Shown one piece after another: positions 50,776 to 60,527 of a DNA stretch of 64,000 nt; position 1 is the stretch's first letter; each line of letters starts with the position of its first letter. Made by a program: the position numbers and the translations under genes. Location of the stretch: assembly GCA_022782305.1 (NCBI GenBank), contig JALFPC010000042.1, positions 5,990-69,989 of the forward strand, written 5' to 3'. The DNA comes from Prevotella sp. (GTDB taxonomy: Bacteria > Bacteroidota > Bacteroidia > Bacteroidales > Bacteroidaceae). A model generated the notes under the pieces. That model worked only from the letters and a program-made list of their open reading frames with translations, searched no databases and had not been told where the DNA came from.

Positions 50776-53700
50776 GTGAAGACAGTCAAACATATTACCG
50801 GTATTGTGGTGTGGACCTTGTTGGGTCTATACCTTCTGTTGGTTATGGCTGTCAATATTCCTGCCATCCAATCGCTCATTGGTAATGCCGTGGCCAATGT
50901 TATCAGCGGCAAAATAGCATCAAAGGTTGAGATTGCCCATGTAGACATAGGACTGCTCAATAGGGTGATCATGGATGGTGTGACCATATACGACCAGCAG
51001 GGAAAGGTGATGCTCAGATCATCGCGACTGTCGGCAAAAATTGATATCCAGGACCTGATAGATGGCAAGATTTCAATCTCATCGGCACAGATATTCAGCA
51101 CAGACATAAAACTATATAAACAGAATGCCAACTCAAAAGCCAACTTCCAGTTTATCCTCGACTCGCTGGCATCCAAAGATACTACTTCCAAGTCGCCACT
51201 GAACCTAAAAATTAACTCGCTGATCATACGTCACAGTAATGTGGTGTATGATAGGTTTGACATGGCTCCTACCCCAGGGCGTTTCAACCCCAACCATATA
51301 AACATCAGCAATATCAGCGCTCACGTAAACCTCAATACGCTCACCGACGATTCACTAAACATAAATATCCGTAAACTATCACTCACCGAACATTCGGGCA
51401 TCGACATAAAGCGTTTGTCCACGAAGATAGAAGCGGGCAAAAGTTCTTTCCTTCTACGAGACTTTATTCTCAAGATGCCCAGCACAGAGATTTCATCCGA
51501 CAATATCATGGCATCTTACCGTATGAACAACGGGAAAATCAATCGCCGCTCTTTAAAGTTCAATGGAAGTATCAGCGCCAAACAGCTCACGCCTTGCGAT
51601 ATAGTAGCAGTGGTGCCTGCCTTGAAGGATTTCGACAGTCCACTTTCGGCCAACATAATATTCAGTTCCACATTCCCTAAGATCAACATCAAAAAACTAA
51701 CCATAGCATCCAATGGAGGCGAAATAAGCATGGATGCTCATGGCAAAATTTCCAATTGGGATACCACACCAGTATGGAACGCAGACATCAACCACCTTGA
51801 CATGTCTGCACAAACAGTGGCTTTTGTAAAAGAGAACCTAAAAGGGCAAAAGACCGATATTCCCGATATTCTATCACGCATAGGCAACATCAAGGCAAGC
51901 GGCACAATAGGTAGCCACAAAAAGGATGCCTACATGGCTGACATAAGAATGAAAACGGATGTTGGCAACCTGACACTTGATGTGGACATTGATGGCCATA
52001 GCTATACGGGACTACTAAAAACAGAAGGATTAAACCTCAGAAAAATTCTCGACAATAGCGATTTTGGTAATCTGATTACAAACATCAAACTGCGCGGGCA
52101 ACGTAATGGAACTTCAATTACATCTATTGCCGCCAATGGAAAGATAGACCTGCTCGAATACAAAAAATATCCATACCAAAACATCACCATAGATGGTTCT
52201 TACAGCAAAAAAAACATCGAGGGATTGCTTAAAGTCTACGACCCAAACGTGTCTTTAGAAGCCAGCGGCAGCGTAGACATCAGCAAGAAGCAAAAGAAAG
52301 TAAACATCACGGCATATCTCAACAAGTTAAAACCCAAAAGCATCATGCTTAGCGATAAATGGGGAGACGCTATGGTGACAGGTAATATCATTGCCGACTT
52401 CAACGGCAGCGATATCAACAACGCCAACGGACAGGTTGTCATTTCCAACGTGGCAGTAAAATCAGAAACTACTGACTATGACCTCAACGAAATGAAAATT
52501 ATGTCGGGGTATGATGAGGATAAGCATTTCCTGCGCATGGACAGCGATTTCGGCAATGCAGAAATCATCGGACAGTTTAACTACAATACGCTGGCACAAA
52601 CCATCATAAATATTATTGCAAAGAAACTGCCCACACTGCCTGGACTGCCCAAAACAACCAAGAGCACCAATAATGTGTTTAAAATAAACACCTTTATCAC
52701 CAAGACAGACTGGCTAAAACAACTGCTCGGAACAGACCTCACCCTGTCGCAACCTATGCTGCTGCAAGGCGATATTGACGGCATGGCACAAACCATCAAC
52801 ATCAACTGCTCACTGCCAGAATTCCTACTCGGACAGAACAAATACTTTAATGCACATGCCAACATCTCAAGTCCTAATGACTCGCTGGCATGCACCTTCG
52901 GACTTACCAAGATGATGAAGAATGGTTCATTGGTGTCACTAAACCTTGAAGGGAACGCAGCATACAACAACCTCAATAGCACATTCTCATGGAGAAACAT
53001 AACAAGCAACAACTCCTATGGCACCATCAACACATCGTCTTATTTCTTTGCCGATAATGCACAGAAACCAGCAGCTGAGATAAGAGTCAAGCACTCCAAC
53101 ATGGTAATGAACGGTGCCAAATGGGATATCAACCCATCGTCAATCCAATTCTCTGATAAACATCTTAGAATAGACAACTTCAGCGCTGTTCACAACAAAC
53201 AACATATATATATAAATGGTGTGGCTACCGAGAGCAACAACGACTCCATCACCGTAGACCTCAGAGGCATCGACGTGGAATACGTGCTCGACCTTGTGAA
53301 CTTCCATTCCGTAGAATTCAGCGGCTATGCCACAGGCAAAGCATATCTGGCATCGCTCTTCGGCACTCCAAGAGCACATGGCAAACTAATCGTTGACGAT
53401 TTCAGATTTGAAAACGGACGCATGGGAGTGCTGGATGCCGACGTGACATGGAACAATATTGAGAAACAAATAGACATAGATGCCGTGGCCGATAATGGAC
53501 CACGCTCCATGACATTCATAAACGGGTATGTGTCGCCATCAAAGAATTATATAGACCTCGGCATCGACGCTAACGGCACAAGCATAGAATTTCTCAATTC
53601 TTTCACCAGCAATTTTCTGAAAGACGTTTCAGGTAATGCCAAAGGCAACGTGCACGTGGTGGGACCACTCAGCGCAATAAATCTTGTGGGCAAACTCGTG

Positions 53701-55200
53701 GTTAACGGACAGTGTACGGTAAACGCCCTAAACACTACATATTATCTCAAATCAGACACGGTGAATTTCATACCTAACGAGATTGAACTGAGGCATATCC
53801 CACTCTATGACATTCATAACAATGTGGGATACGCCACCGGAAATATCCACCATAAAAATCTATCAAAACTGTCTTACGACCTCGATATCACCACTGACAA
53901 GATGCTGGTATACGACTTCACAGACTTCGGCGAATCAAATTTCTATGCCACAATATATGGAAAGGGAGACGTGGGTATACACGGCAAAAGCGGACAACTA
54001 AACATCGATACCGAGATAACACCACTACCTGGTTCGGTGTTTGTCTATAACGTGTTTGACCAAGATAATATATCCGACCAGAGATTCATCGAATGGAACG
54101 ACAAAACAAACATGCAGCCAACAGATAGCATAAGCAAAAACAGCATGTTGGCAACAGGCAAGGTGGGCAGCAACTTTGATTTCGGTACAGAAATCAATAT
54201 CGACTTCAAGATCAACTGCACCCCAGATGCCACCATCAAACTGCTGATGGACAGCAGAAGCAATGACTATATAACCCTCAACGGAAAGGGTATGATAAGG
54301 GCAAACTTCTTCAACAAAGGCACATTCTCGATGTTTGGCACATACGAGGTGACCAACGGCACATATGGTATCACCATACAAGATATCATAAAAAAGAATT
54401 TCATATTCAATGAGGGAGGCACCATCACCTTCCAAGGCAATCCCTTTGAAGCACCTCTCAACCTGCAAGCCTCGTATACCGTAAACGGAGTGTCGCTCTC
54501 CGACCTCAACGTGGGCAACAGTTTCTCAAACAATACCATCCGCGTGAACTGCCTCATGAACATCACAGGCACACCAGAGAAACCGCAGATTGATTTCGAT
54601 TTCGATATGCCCACCGTGAGCACCGATGAAAAACAAATGATAAGAAGCATCATCAACAGCAAGGAAGAGATGAACCAGCAGGTCATATACCTGCTCGGAA
54701 TAGGACGCTTCTATCCACAAGGCAGCAATAACGAGACAGCACAAAACGAAAGGCAAAGCCAAACATCACTTGCAATGCAAAGCCTGCTCTCAGGCACTCT
54801 CTCAAGCCAAATCAACTCTCTGCTGGGCACAATGATAAATAGCAACAACTGGAATTTCGGCGCAAATATATCCACTGGAGACGAAGGCTGGAACAATGCC
54901 GAATATGAAGGATTGCTCAGCGGCCGACTGCTCAACAACCGACTGCTCATCAACGGACAGTTTGGATATCGCGACAATGCTGCCACCGCCAACCAAACAT
55001 TCATAGGCGATTTCGACGTTAGATACCTCCTGCTACCAAATGGCAACATAGCCATAAAGGTATACAATCAAACAAACGATAGGTATTTCACCAAGTCGAG
55101 CCTCAACACTCAAGGGGTGGGATTGATAATGAAAAAAGACTTCGATGGCATTTCTGACCTCTTTTCTATAAAGAAAAATAAGGCGAAACGAGGGAAATAA
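50776..55200 (+). CDS. tamB: Translocation and assembly module TamB-like protein
   Basis: N-terminal TM anchor, 1474-aa beta-rich body, DUF490-like C-terminus (LLNNRLLINGQFGYR...GDFDV...QGVGL). Confidence 0.85.
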   Translation: MKTVKHITGIVVWTLLGLYLLLVMAVNIPAIQSLIGNAVANVISGKIASKVEIAHVDIGLLNRVIMDGVTIYDQQGKVMLRSSRLSAKIDIQDLIDGKISISSAQIFSTDIKLYKQNANSKANFQFILDSLASKDTTSKSPLNLKINSLIIRHSNVVYDRFDMAPTPGRFNPNHINISNISAHVNLNTLTDDSLNINIRKLSLTEHSGIDIKRLSTKIEAGKSSFLLRDFILKMPSTEISSDNIMASYRMNNGKINRRSLKFNGSISAKQLTPCDIVAVVPALKDFDSPLSANIIFSSTFPKINIKKLTIASNGGEISMDAHGKISNWDTTPVWNADINHLDMSAQTVAFVKENLKGQKTDIPDILSRIGNIKASGTIGSHKKDAYMADIRMKTDVGNLTLDVDIDGHSYTGLLKTEGLNLRKILDNSDFGNLITNIKLRGQRNGTSITSIAANGKIDLLEYKKYPYQNITIDGSYSKKNIEGLLKVYDPNVSLEASGSVDISKKQKKVNITAYLNKLKPKSIMLSDKWGDAMVTGNIIADFNGSDINNANGQVVISNVAVKSETTDYDLNEMKIMSGYDEDKHFLRMDSDFGNAEIIGQFNYNTLAQTIINIIAKKLPTLPGLPKTTKSTNNVFKINTFITKTDWLKQLLGTDLTLSQPMLLQGDIDGMAQTININCSLPEFLLGQNKYFNAHANISSPNDSLACTFGLTKMMKNGSLVSLNLEGNAAYNNLNSTFSWRNITSNNSYGTINTSSYFFADNAQKPAAEIRVKHSNMVMNGAKWDINPSSIQFSDKHLRIDNFSAVHNKQHIYINGVATESNNDSITVDLRGIDVEYVLDLVNFHSVEFSGYATGKAYLASLFGTPRAHGKLIVDDFRFENGRMGVLDADVTWNNIEKQIDIDAVADNGPRSMTFINGYVSPSKNYIDLGIDANGTSIEFLNSFTSNFLKDVSGNAKGNVHVVGPLSAINLVGKLVVNGQCTVNALNTTYYLKSDTVNFIPNEIELRHIPLYDIHNNVGYATGNIHHKNLSKLSYDLDITTDKMLVYDFTDFGESNFYATIYGKGDVGIHGKSGQLNIDTEITPLPGSVFVYNVFDQDNISDQRFIEWNDKTNMQPTDSISKNSMLATGKVGSNFDFGTEINIDFKINCTPDATIKLLMDSRSNDYITLNGKGMIRANFFNKGTFSMFGTYEVTNGTYGITIQDIIKKNFIFNEGGTITFQGNPFEAPLNLQASYTVNGVSLSDLNVGNSFSNNTIRVNCLMNITGTPEKPQIDFDFDMPTVSTDEKQMIRSIINSKEEMNQQVIYLLGIGRFYPQGSNNETAQNERQSQTSLAMQSLLSGTLSSQINSLLGTMINSNNWNFGANISTGDEGWNNAEYEGLLSGRLLNNRLLINGQFGYRDNAATANQTFIGDFDVRYLLLPNGNIAIKVYNQTNDRYFTKSSLNTQGVGLIMKKDFDGISDLFSIKKNKAKRGK

Positions 55201-55361
55201 TCACATAACACCAGTTAGATAAGTTAAATATCTATAAATATTCAAAATTACAACTATTCATTGCGAATACTTATTAAAAAAGGTTGTACCTTTGCACCCG
55301 ATTTTCAACAATTAACATAAAGTCTAACTTTATTAATTAAAAAACAACTTATTTTAAATTT

Positions 55362-57137
55362 ATGTCAGAATTAACAAAAAACGTTCAGCCATTGGATAAC
55401 TTCAATTGGGAAGAGTTTGAGAATGGCAGCCAAGTAAACGTCAGCAAGGAAGAGCTTGACAAGGCTTACGATGAAACACTCAACAAAGTAAGCGAGCATC
55501 AAGTGGTTGACGGTACCGTAATCTCTGTAGACAAGAAAGAGGTTATTGTAAACATCGGTTACAAGAGTGACGGTATCATTCCTACCAGCGAGTTCCGCTA
55601 CAATCCAGACCTTAAGGTTGGCGACACTGTTGAGGTTTATGTAGAGAGCCAGGAGGATAAGAAGGGTCAGTTGCTGCTTTCACATAAGAAGGCTCGTCTG
55701 AGCAAGAGCTGGGAGCGTGTCAATGCCGCTCTCGACAACGAAGAGATTATCCAGGGCTACATCAAGTGCCGCACCAAGGGTGGTATGATTGTTGACGTAT
55801 TTGGAATCGAAGCTTTCTTGCCAGGAAGCCAGATTGACGTTCACCCAATACGCGACTACGACCAGTTCGTAGGCAAGACCATGGAATTCAAGGTTGTCAA
55901 GATCAATCAGGAGTTCCGCAACGTAGTTGTTTCTCACAAGGCTCTCATCGAGGCTGAGTTGGAAGCACAGAAGAAGGAAATCATCTCTAAGCTTGAGAAG
56001 GGTCAGATCCTCGAGGGTACAGTTAAGAATATCACTTCTTATGGCGTATTCGTTGACCTCGGTGGTGTTGACGGACTCATCCATATCACCGACTTGTCAT
56101 GGGGTCGTGTTGACGATCCTCACAAGGTTGTTGAGCTCGACCAGAAGATCAATGTTGTCATTCTCGACTTCGACGACGAGAAGAAGCGCATTGCCCTTGG
56201 CCTGAAGCAGCTCACTCCTCATCCATGGGATGCTCTTGATTCAGAGATCAAGGTTGGCGACCATGTTAAGGGTAAGGTTGTTGTTATTGCTGACTACGGT
56301 GCATTTGTTGAGATTCAGCCAGGTGTTGAGGGTCTCATCCACGTATCAGAGATGTCATGGAGCCAGCACCTCCGTTCAGCTCAGGAGTTCCTCTCTGTAG
56401 GCGACGAGGTAGAGGCCGTCATTCTGACTCTCGACCGCGACGAGCGCAAGATGAGCCTTGGTATCAAGCAGCTCAAGGAAGATCCATGGGAGGCTATCGA
56501 GGTTAAGTATCCTGTAGGCAGCAAGCACACTGCAAAGGTTCGCAACTTCACCAACTTCGGTGTATTTGTAGAGCTTGAGGAGGGTGTAGATGGTTTGATT
56601 CACATCTCAGACCTGTCATGGACCAAGAAAGTAAAGCATCCTTCAGAGTTCACACAGGTAGGTGCCGACATTGATGTTGTAGTGCTTGACATCGACAAGG
56701 AGAACCGTCGTTTGAGCCTTGGTCACAAGCAGCTCGAAGACAACCCATGGGATCAGTTTGAGTCTACATACACAGTAGGCAGTGTCCATGAGGGCAAGAT
56801 AGTTGAACTGCTTGAGAAGGGCGCCGTAATCTCTCTTGAGAAGGGAGTAGAGGGCTTTGCCACTCCTAAGCACCTCGTTAAGGAGGATGGCACTCAGGCC
56901 GCAGAGGGCGAAGTGCTCCCATTCAAGGTTATCGAGTTCAATAAAGACAGCAAGCGCATCATTCTTTCTCACAGCCGCACCTTCGAGGATGCTCAGCGTG
57001 AAGAGAAGAAGGCAGCCAAGAAGCCACGCGCCAAGAAGGAAGACAGCGTCAAGATTGACAATCAGCCTGCTTCTACTACTCTCGGCGACATCGACGTATT
57101 GGCACAGTTGAAGGAGAAATTGGAGAAGGGTGAATAA
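55362..57137 (+). CDS. rpsA: 30S ribosomal protein S1
   Basis: Six S1 repeats (YGVFVDLGGVDGLIHITDLSW and similar); promoter TACCTTTG at 55287-55294. Confidence 0.98.
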   Translation: MSELTKNVQPLDNFNWEEFENGSQVNVSKEELDKAYDETLNKVSEHQVVDGTVISVDKKEVIVNIGYKSDGIIPTSEFRYNPDLKVGDTVEVYVESQEDKKGQLLLSHKKARLSKSWERVNAALDNEEIIQGYIKCRTKGGMIVDVFGIEAFLPGSQIDVHPIRDYDQFVGKTMEFKVVKINQEFRNVVVSHKALIEAELEAQKKEIISKLEKGQILEGTVKNITSYGVFVDLGGVDGLIHITDLSWGRVDDPHKVVELDQKINVVILDFDDEKKRIALGLKQLTPHPWDALDSEIKVGDHVKGKVVVIADYGAFVEIQPGVEGLIHVSEMSWSQHLRSAQEFLSVGDEVEAVILTLDRDERKMSLGIKQLKEDPWEAIEVKYPVGSKHTAKVRNFTNFGVFVELEEGVDGLIHISDLSWTKKVKHPSEFTQVGADIDVVVLDIDKENRRLSLGHKQLEDNPWDQFESTYTVGSVHEGKIVELLEKGAVISLEKGVEGFATPKHLVKEDGTQAAEGEVLPFKVIEFNKDSKRIILSHSRTFEDAQREEKKAAKKPRAKKEDSVKIDNQPASTTLGDIDVLAQLKEKLEKGE

Positions 57138-57168
57138 TTTTCGCCATTCTTAGATAATACCTTATGAC

Positions 57169-57210
57169 GGGGAGGCACATCAAAAATGATGTCCTCCCCT
57201 TGTTATTTTT
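57169..57210 (+). terminator. rpsA terminator
   Basis: GGGGAGGCACATCA-AAAA-TGATGTCCTCCCC followed by TTGTTATTTTT. Confidence 0.8.
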
Positions 57211-57352
57211 TGTCCAATCTTTACACTTTGTGCCATAAGTAGTTAAAGAGTTAAAAAGAATGAGCAATAATGATTAATAATTGGAAATAATTTAGTATTT
57301 TTGCAGTATCAAACTATAGAGTAATTATTCATTTTATAAATTTGAAAAGAAT

Positions 57353-58054
57353 ATGACTTATTCTAACGAAGTCAACAACATGTGCGTTGTTGCAAAAGGT
57401 CCCAATCACGGACCAGCTCCAATTCCAGAAGAGGGAAGATGGATTCAGGCAAAAGAGATCAAAGACATCTCCGGTTACACACACGGTGTAGGTTGGTGTG
57501 CACCTCAGCAGGGTGCCTGCAAACTGTCACTCAACATCAAGGAGGGCATCATCCAGGAGTGTTTGGTAGAGACTATCGGTTGCACTGGTATGACTCACTC
57601 TGCCGCCATGGCTTCAGAGATTCTGCCAGGCAAGACCATTCTCGAGGCTCTCAATACTGACCTCGTATGCGACGCCATCAACACAGCCATGCGTGAGTTG
57701 TTCCTTCAGATTGTCTATGGTCGTTCACAGAGCGCATTCTCTGAGGATGGTCTTGTTATCGGTGCCGGTCTTGAGGACCTTGGCAAGGGTTTGCGCAGCC
57801 AAACAGGTACATTGTATGGCACTGTGGCCAAGGGTACCCGTTATCTTGAGTTGACAGAAGGTTACATCACTAAGATGTTCCTTGACAAAGACAGCCAGGT
57901 TTGCGGTTATGAGTATGTACACCTCGGCAAGATGATGGAAGCCATCAAGAATGGTATGGACGCCAACGAGGCAGTGAAGAAATTTACAGGTTCTTATGGC
58001 CGTACCACAGCTGAGCAGGGAGTAGTTAAGAGTATTGACCCACGTAAAGAATAA
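57353..58054 (+). CDS. IscU/NifU-N-like putative Fe-S scaffold protein (partner of GGGtGRT)
   Basis: GWCAPQQGAC, ETIGCTGMTHSAAMASEILPGKT, LVCDAIN; promoter TATTTTTG at 57296-57303. Confidence 0.75.
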   Translation: MTYSNEVNNMCVVAKGPNHGPAPIPEEGRWIQAKEIKDISGYTHGVGWCAPQQGACKLSLNIKEGIIQECLVETIGCTGMTHSAAMASEILPGKTILEALNTDLVCDAINTAMRELFLQIVYGRSQSAFSEDGLVIGAGLEDLGKGLRSQTGTLYGTVAKGTRYLELTEGYITKMFLDKDSQVCGYEYVHLGKMMEAIKNGMDANEAVKKFTGSYGRTTAEQGVVKSIDPRKE

Positions 58055-58069
58055 TAAGGAGAAACAGCT

Positions 58070-59083
58070 ATGATAAGAGAAGTGAAATTCGAGAGCCAGG
58101 AGCGCAGAATCAAGCAGGTTATTGCTGCTCTCAACGAAAATGGTATCAAGGATATCGAAGAGGCTAATCAGATTTGCGAGAGCATTGGTGTTGATCCTTA
58201 CAAGATCTGTGAGGACACTCAGGGTATCTGCTTTGAGAATGCCAAATGGGCTTATGTATGTGGTGCTGCCATCGCCATTAAGAAGGGTGTGAAGAGTGCT
58301 GCTGAGGCTGCCGAGGCCATCGGTATTGGTCTTCAGAGTTTCTGCATCCCTGGTTCTGTTGCCGACGACCGTAAGGTGGGCATCGGCCATGGCAACTTAG
58401 CAGCCCGTCTTCTGCGCGAAGATACTCAGTGCTTTGCTTTCCTTGCTGGTCACGAGTCATTCGCTGCTGCTGAGGGTGCCATCAAGATTGCCGAAATGGC
58501 AAACAAGGTGCGCAAGAACCCACTGCGTTGCATCCTCAATGGTTTGGGCAAAGATGCTGCCATGATCATCAGCCGTATCAATGGTTTCACATACGTACAG
58601 ACCAAGTTTGACTACTATACAGGCAAGGTTGAGGTTGTAAACCGCATTGCTTATTCTGACGGTCCACGTTCAAAGGTTAACTGCTATGGTGCCGACGATG
58701 TGCGTGAGGGTGTAGCCATCAACTGGCTTGAGGATGTTGACGTGTCTATCACTGGCAACTCTACCAATCCAACCCGTTTCCAGCATCCAGTGGCTGGTAC
58801 ATACAAGAAAGAGCGCGTATTGGCAGGTAAGCCATATTTCTCTGTTGCTTCTGGTGGTGGTACCGGCCGTACTCTCCACCCAGACAACATGGCAGCAGGT
58901 CCTGCATCTTATGGTATGACCGACACCCTGGGACGCATGCATTCTGACGCTCAGTTTGCAGGTTCTTCTTCAGTGCCAGCACATGTTGAGATGATGGGCT
59001 TCCTCGGTATGGGTAACAACCCAATGGTAGGTGCTACCGTTGCTGTTGCCGTTACCGTAGACATGGCTATCAACAAGAAATAA
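58070..59083 (+). CDS. GGGtGRT family protein (function unknown)
   Basis: Literal SGGGTGRTLHPDN motif, GHESFAAAEGA. Confidence 0.93.
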   Translation: MIREVKFESQERRIKQVIAALNENGIKDIEEANQICESIGVDPYKICEDTQGICFENAKWAYVCGAAIAIKKGVKSAAEAAEAIGIGLQSFCIPGSVADDRKVGIGHGNLAARLLREDTQCFAFLAGHESFAAAEGAIKIAEMANKVRKNPLRCILNGLGKDAAMIISRINGFTYVQTKFDYYTGKVEVVNRIAYSDGPRSKVNCYGADDVREGVAINWLEDVDVSITGNSTNPTRFQHPVAGTYKKERVLAGKPYFSVASGGGTGRTLHPDNMAAGPASYGMTDTLGRMHSDAQFAGSSSVPAHVEMMGFLGMGNNPMVGATVAVAVTVDMAINKK

Positions 59084-59113
59084 TCCGGATTTCCCGGCAT
59101 TAGCATAATCATT

Positions 59114-59157
59114 ATGGTCTCATGGGAATAATACTCGTTCCCTTGAGACCATTTTGG
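59114..59157 (+). terminator. Terminator of the GGGtGRT operon
   Basis: ATGGTCTCATGGGAA...TTCCCTTGAGACCAT-TTT. Confidence 0.75.
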
Positions 59158-59173
59158 TTTGTCTCTCCTACCC

Positions 59174-59246
59174 CATGGCTATACCATCCAGGGCAAAAAA
59201 GATAACCAACCTCATGGATATACCATCCAGGGCAAAAAAAAGATAA
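59174..59246. repeat. Two direct copies (period 39) of CATGGMTATACCATCCAGGGC-An-GATAA
   Basis: Copies at 59174 and 59213, immediately upstream of the next ATG. Confidence 0.85.
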
Positions 59247-59261
59247 TAATGCCTATATGAT

Positions 59262-60527
59262 ATGAATACCGCTATAGTATCTTCAAAAATATCAGCCATG
59301 CTCATGCTATTGCTGCTGAGCATTGGAATGTGTTATGGTGCCACTATGGTTTTTGATCCCAACATCAAGAGTCTCAATGTGGTAGCAGGGCAGAACTGGC
59401 TCTCGCCTCCTGTCATCACCATGGGCAGCGGCGACCGCATTCATATCAGTTTCGATGAGTTGTCGCACGATTACCATCGCTATATTTATCACATAGAGCA
59501 TTGCGAGGCAGATTGGTCGGTGTCGGAGTCTCTATTCCAGAGCGATTATTTGGATGGGCTTAATGACAATGTGATAGAAGACTATGTGCACTCCATCAAT
59601 ACCACCGTCAGTTATACCCATTATAGCCTGAGTCTGCCCAACAGTCAGTGCAGATTAAAGTTGAGCGGCAACTATCGGCTTACGGTCATCGACGATGATA
59701 GTGGCGAGGCTGTATTACAGGCTGAATTTATGGTGGTGGAGCCACTGATGAACTGGTCTCTTGAGGCCACTTCGAATACGGATATCGACACCAACAAAGA
59801 GCATCAGCAACTGCAAGCGTCTCTGAACTTCGGCAATATTATGGTGAGCGACCACGAACGCCAACTATACACTGTGTTTATGCAAAACAACCGCAACCAT
59901 AGCATACGCACTAATATCCGTCCCGACATTATCACCAACAAGGGATTGGCATGGACCCACTCCCGACCGCTCATCTTTGATGCGGGCAATGAATACCATA
60001 AGTTTGAGATACTGTCCACCTCTCACCCCACCATGGGCATAGACCACATAGAATGGGACGGCAACTATTTCAATGCCTATCCCTTTGCAAATGAGGTGAG
60101 CAAAAACTACCTATATGACGAAGATGCCAACGGCAGCTTCTTTATCCGCAACAGCGATAACACAGAGATTGACTATACCTGCGATTATGTAATGGTGCAT
60201 TTCCGCCTTGATGCGCCCTACTCTCCCGATACCATAAGGATAAGCGGAGCATGGACCACAGACCAGCAGCATAGCAACTACGACATGGTATACAGCGAGG
60301 ATGACCATGCCTATTTCTCTACCCTCATTCTCAAGCAAGGCTATTATTCATACCAATACACCATATCAGACGCTTCTGGCCAGCGTATACATCCCTATGA
60401 AGGGTCTTATTACCAGACCGAAAACAGTTATCAGGCCTATGCCTACTATAAGGCCGACGGCGACCGCACATGGCGTTTGCTCGCCTATCGCACTATTTCT
60501 TTCCCATCATCTCCCTATAAGCCATAG
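59262..60527 (+). CDS. DUF5103 protein (T9SS Plug-like)
   Basis: ISFDEL...YHIEHCEADW, SINTTVSYTHY, LSGNY, FDAGNEY, LKQGYYSYQY, EGSYYQTENSY. Confidence 0.8.
   Translation: MNTAIVSSKISAMLMLLLLSIGMCYGATMVFDPNIKSLNVVAGQNWLSPPVITMGSGDRIHISFDELSHDYHRYIYHIEHCEADWSVSESLFQSDYLDGLNDNVIEDYVHSINTTVSYTHYSLSLPNSQCRLKLSGNYRLTVIDDDSGEAVLQAEFMVVEPLMNWSLEATSNTDIDTNKEHQQLQASLNFGNIMVSDHERQLYTVFMQNNRNHSIRTNIRPDIITNKGLAWTHSRPLIFDAGNEYHKFEILSTSHPTMGIDHIEWDGNYFNAYPFANEVSKNYLYDEDANGSFFIRNSDNTEIDYTCDYVMVHFRLDAPYSPDTIRISGAWTTDQQHSNYDMVYSEDDHAYFSTLILKQGYYSYQYTISDASGQRIHPYEGSYYQTENSYQAYAYYKADGDRTWRLLAYRTISFPSSPYKP

Noticed and set aside
57725-58390. 221-aa antisense ORF (similar cases at 7417-8082, 9638-10183, 15050-15685)
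   Set aside because: These lie opposite well-supported genes, and long antisense frames are expected with strong codon bias.
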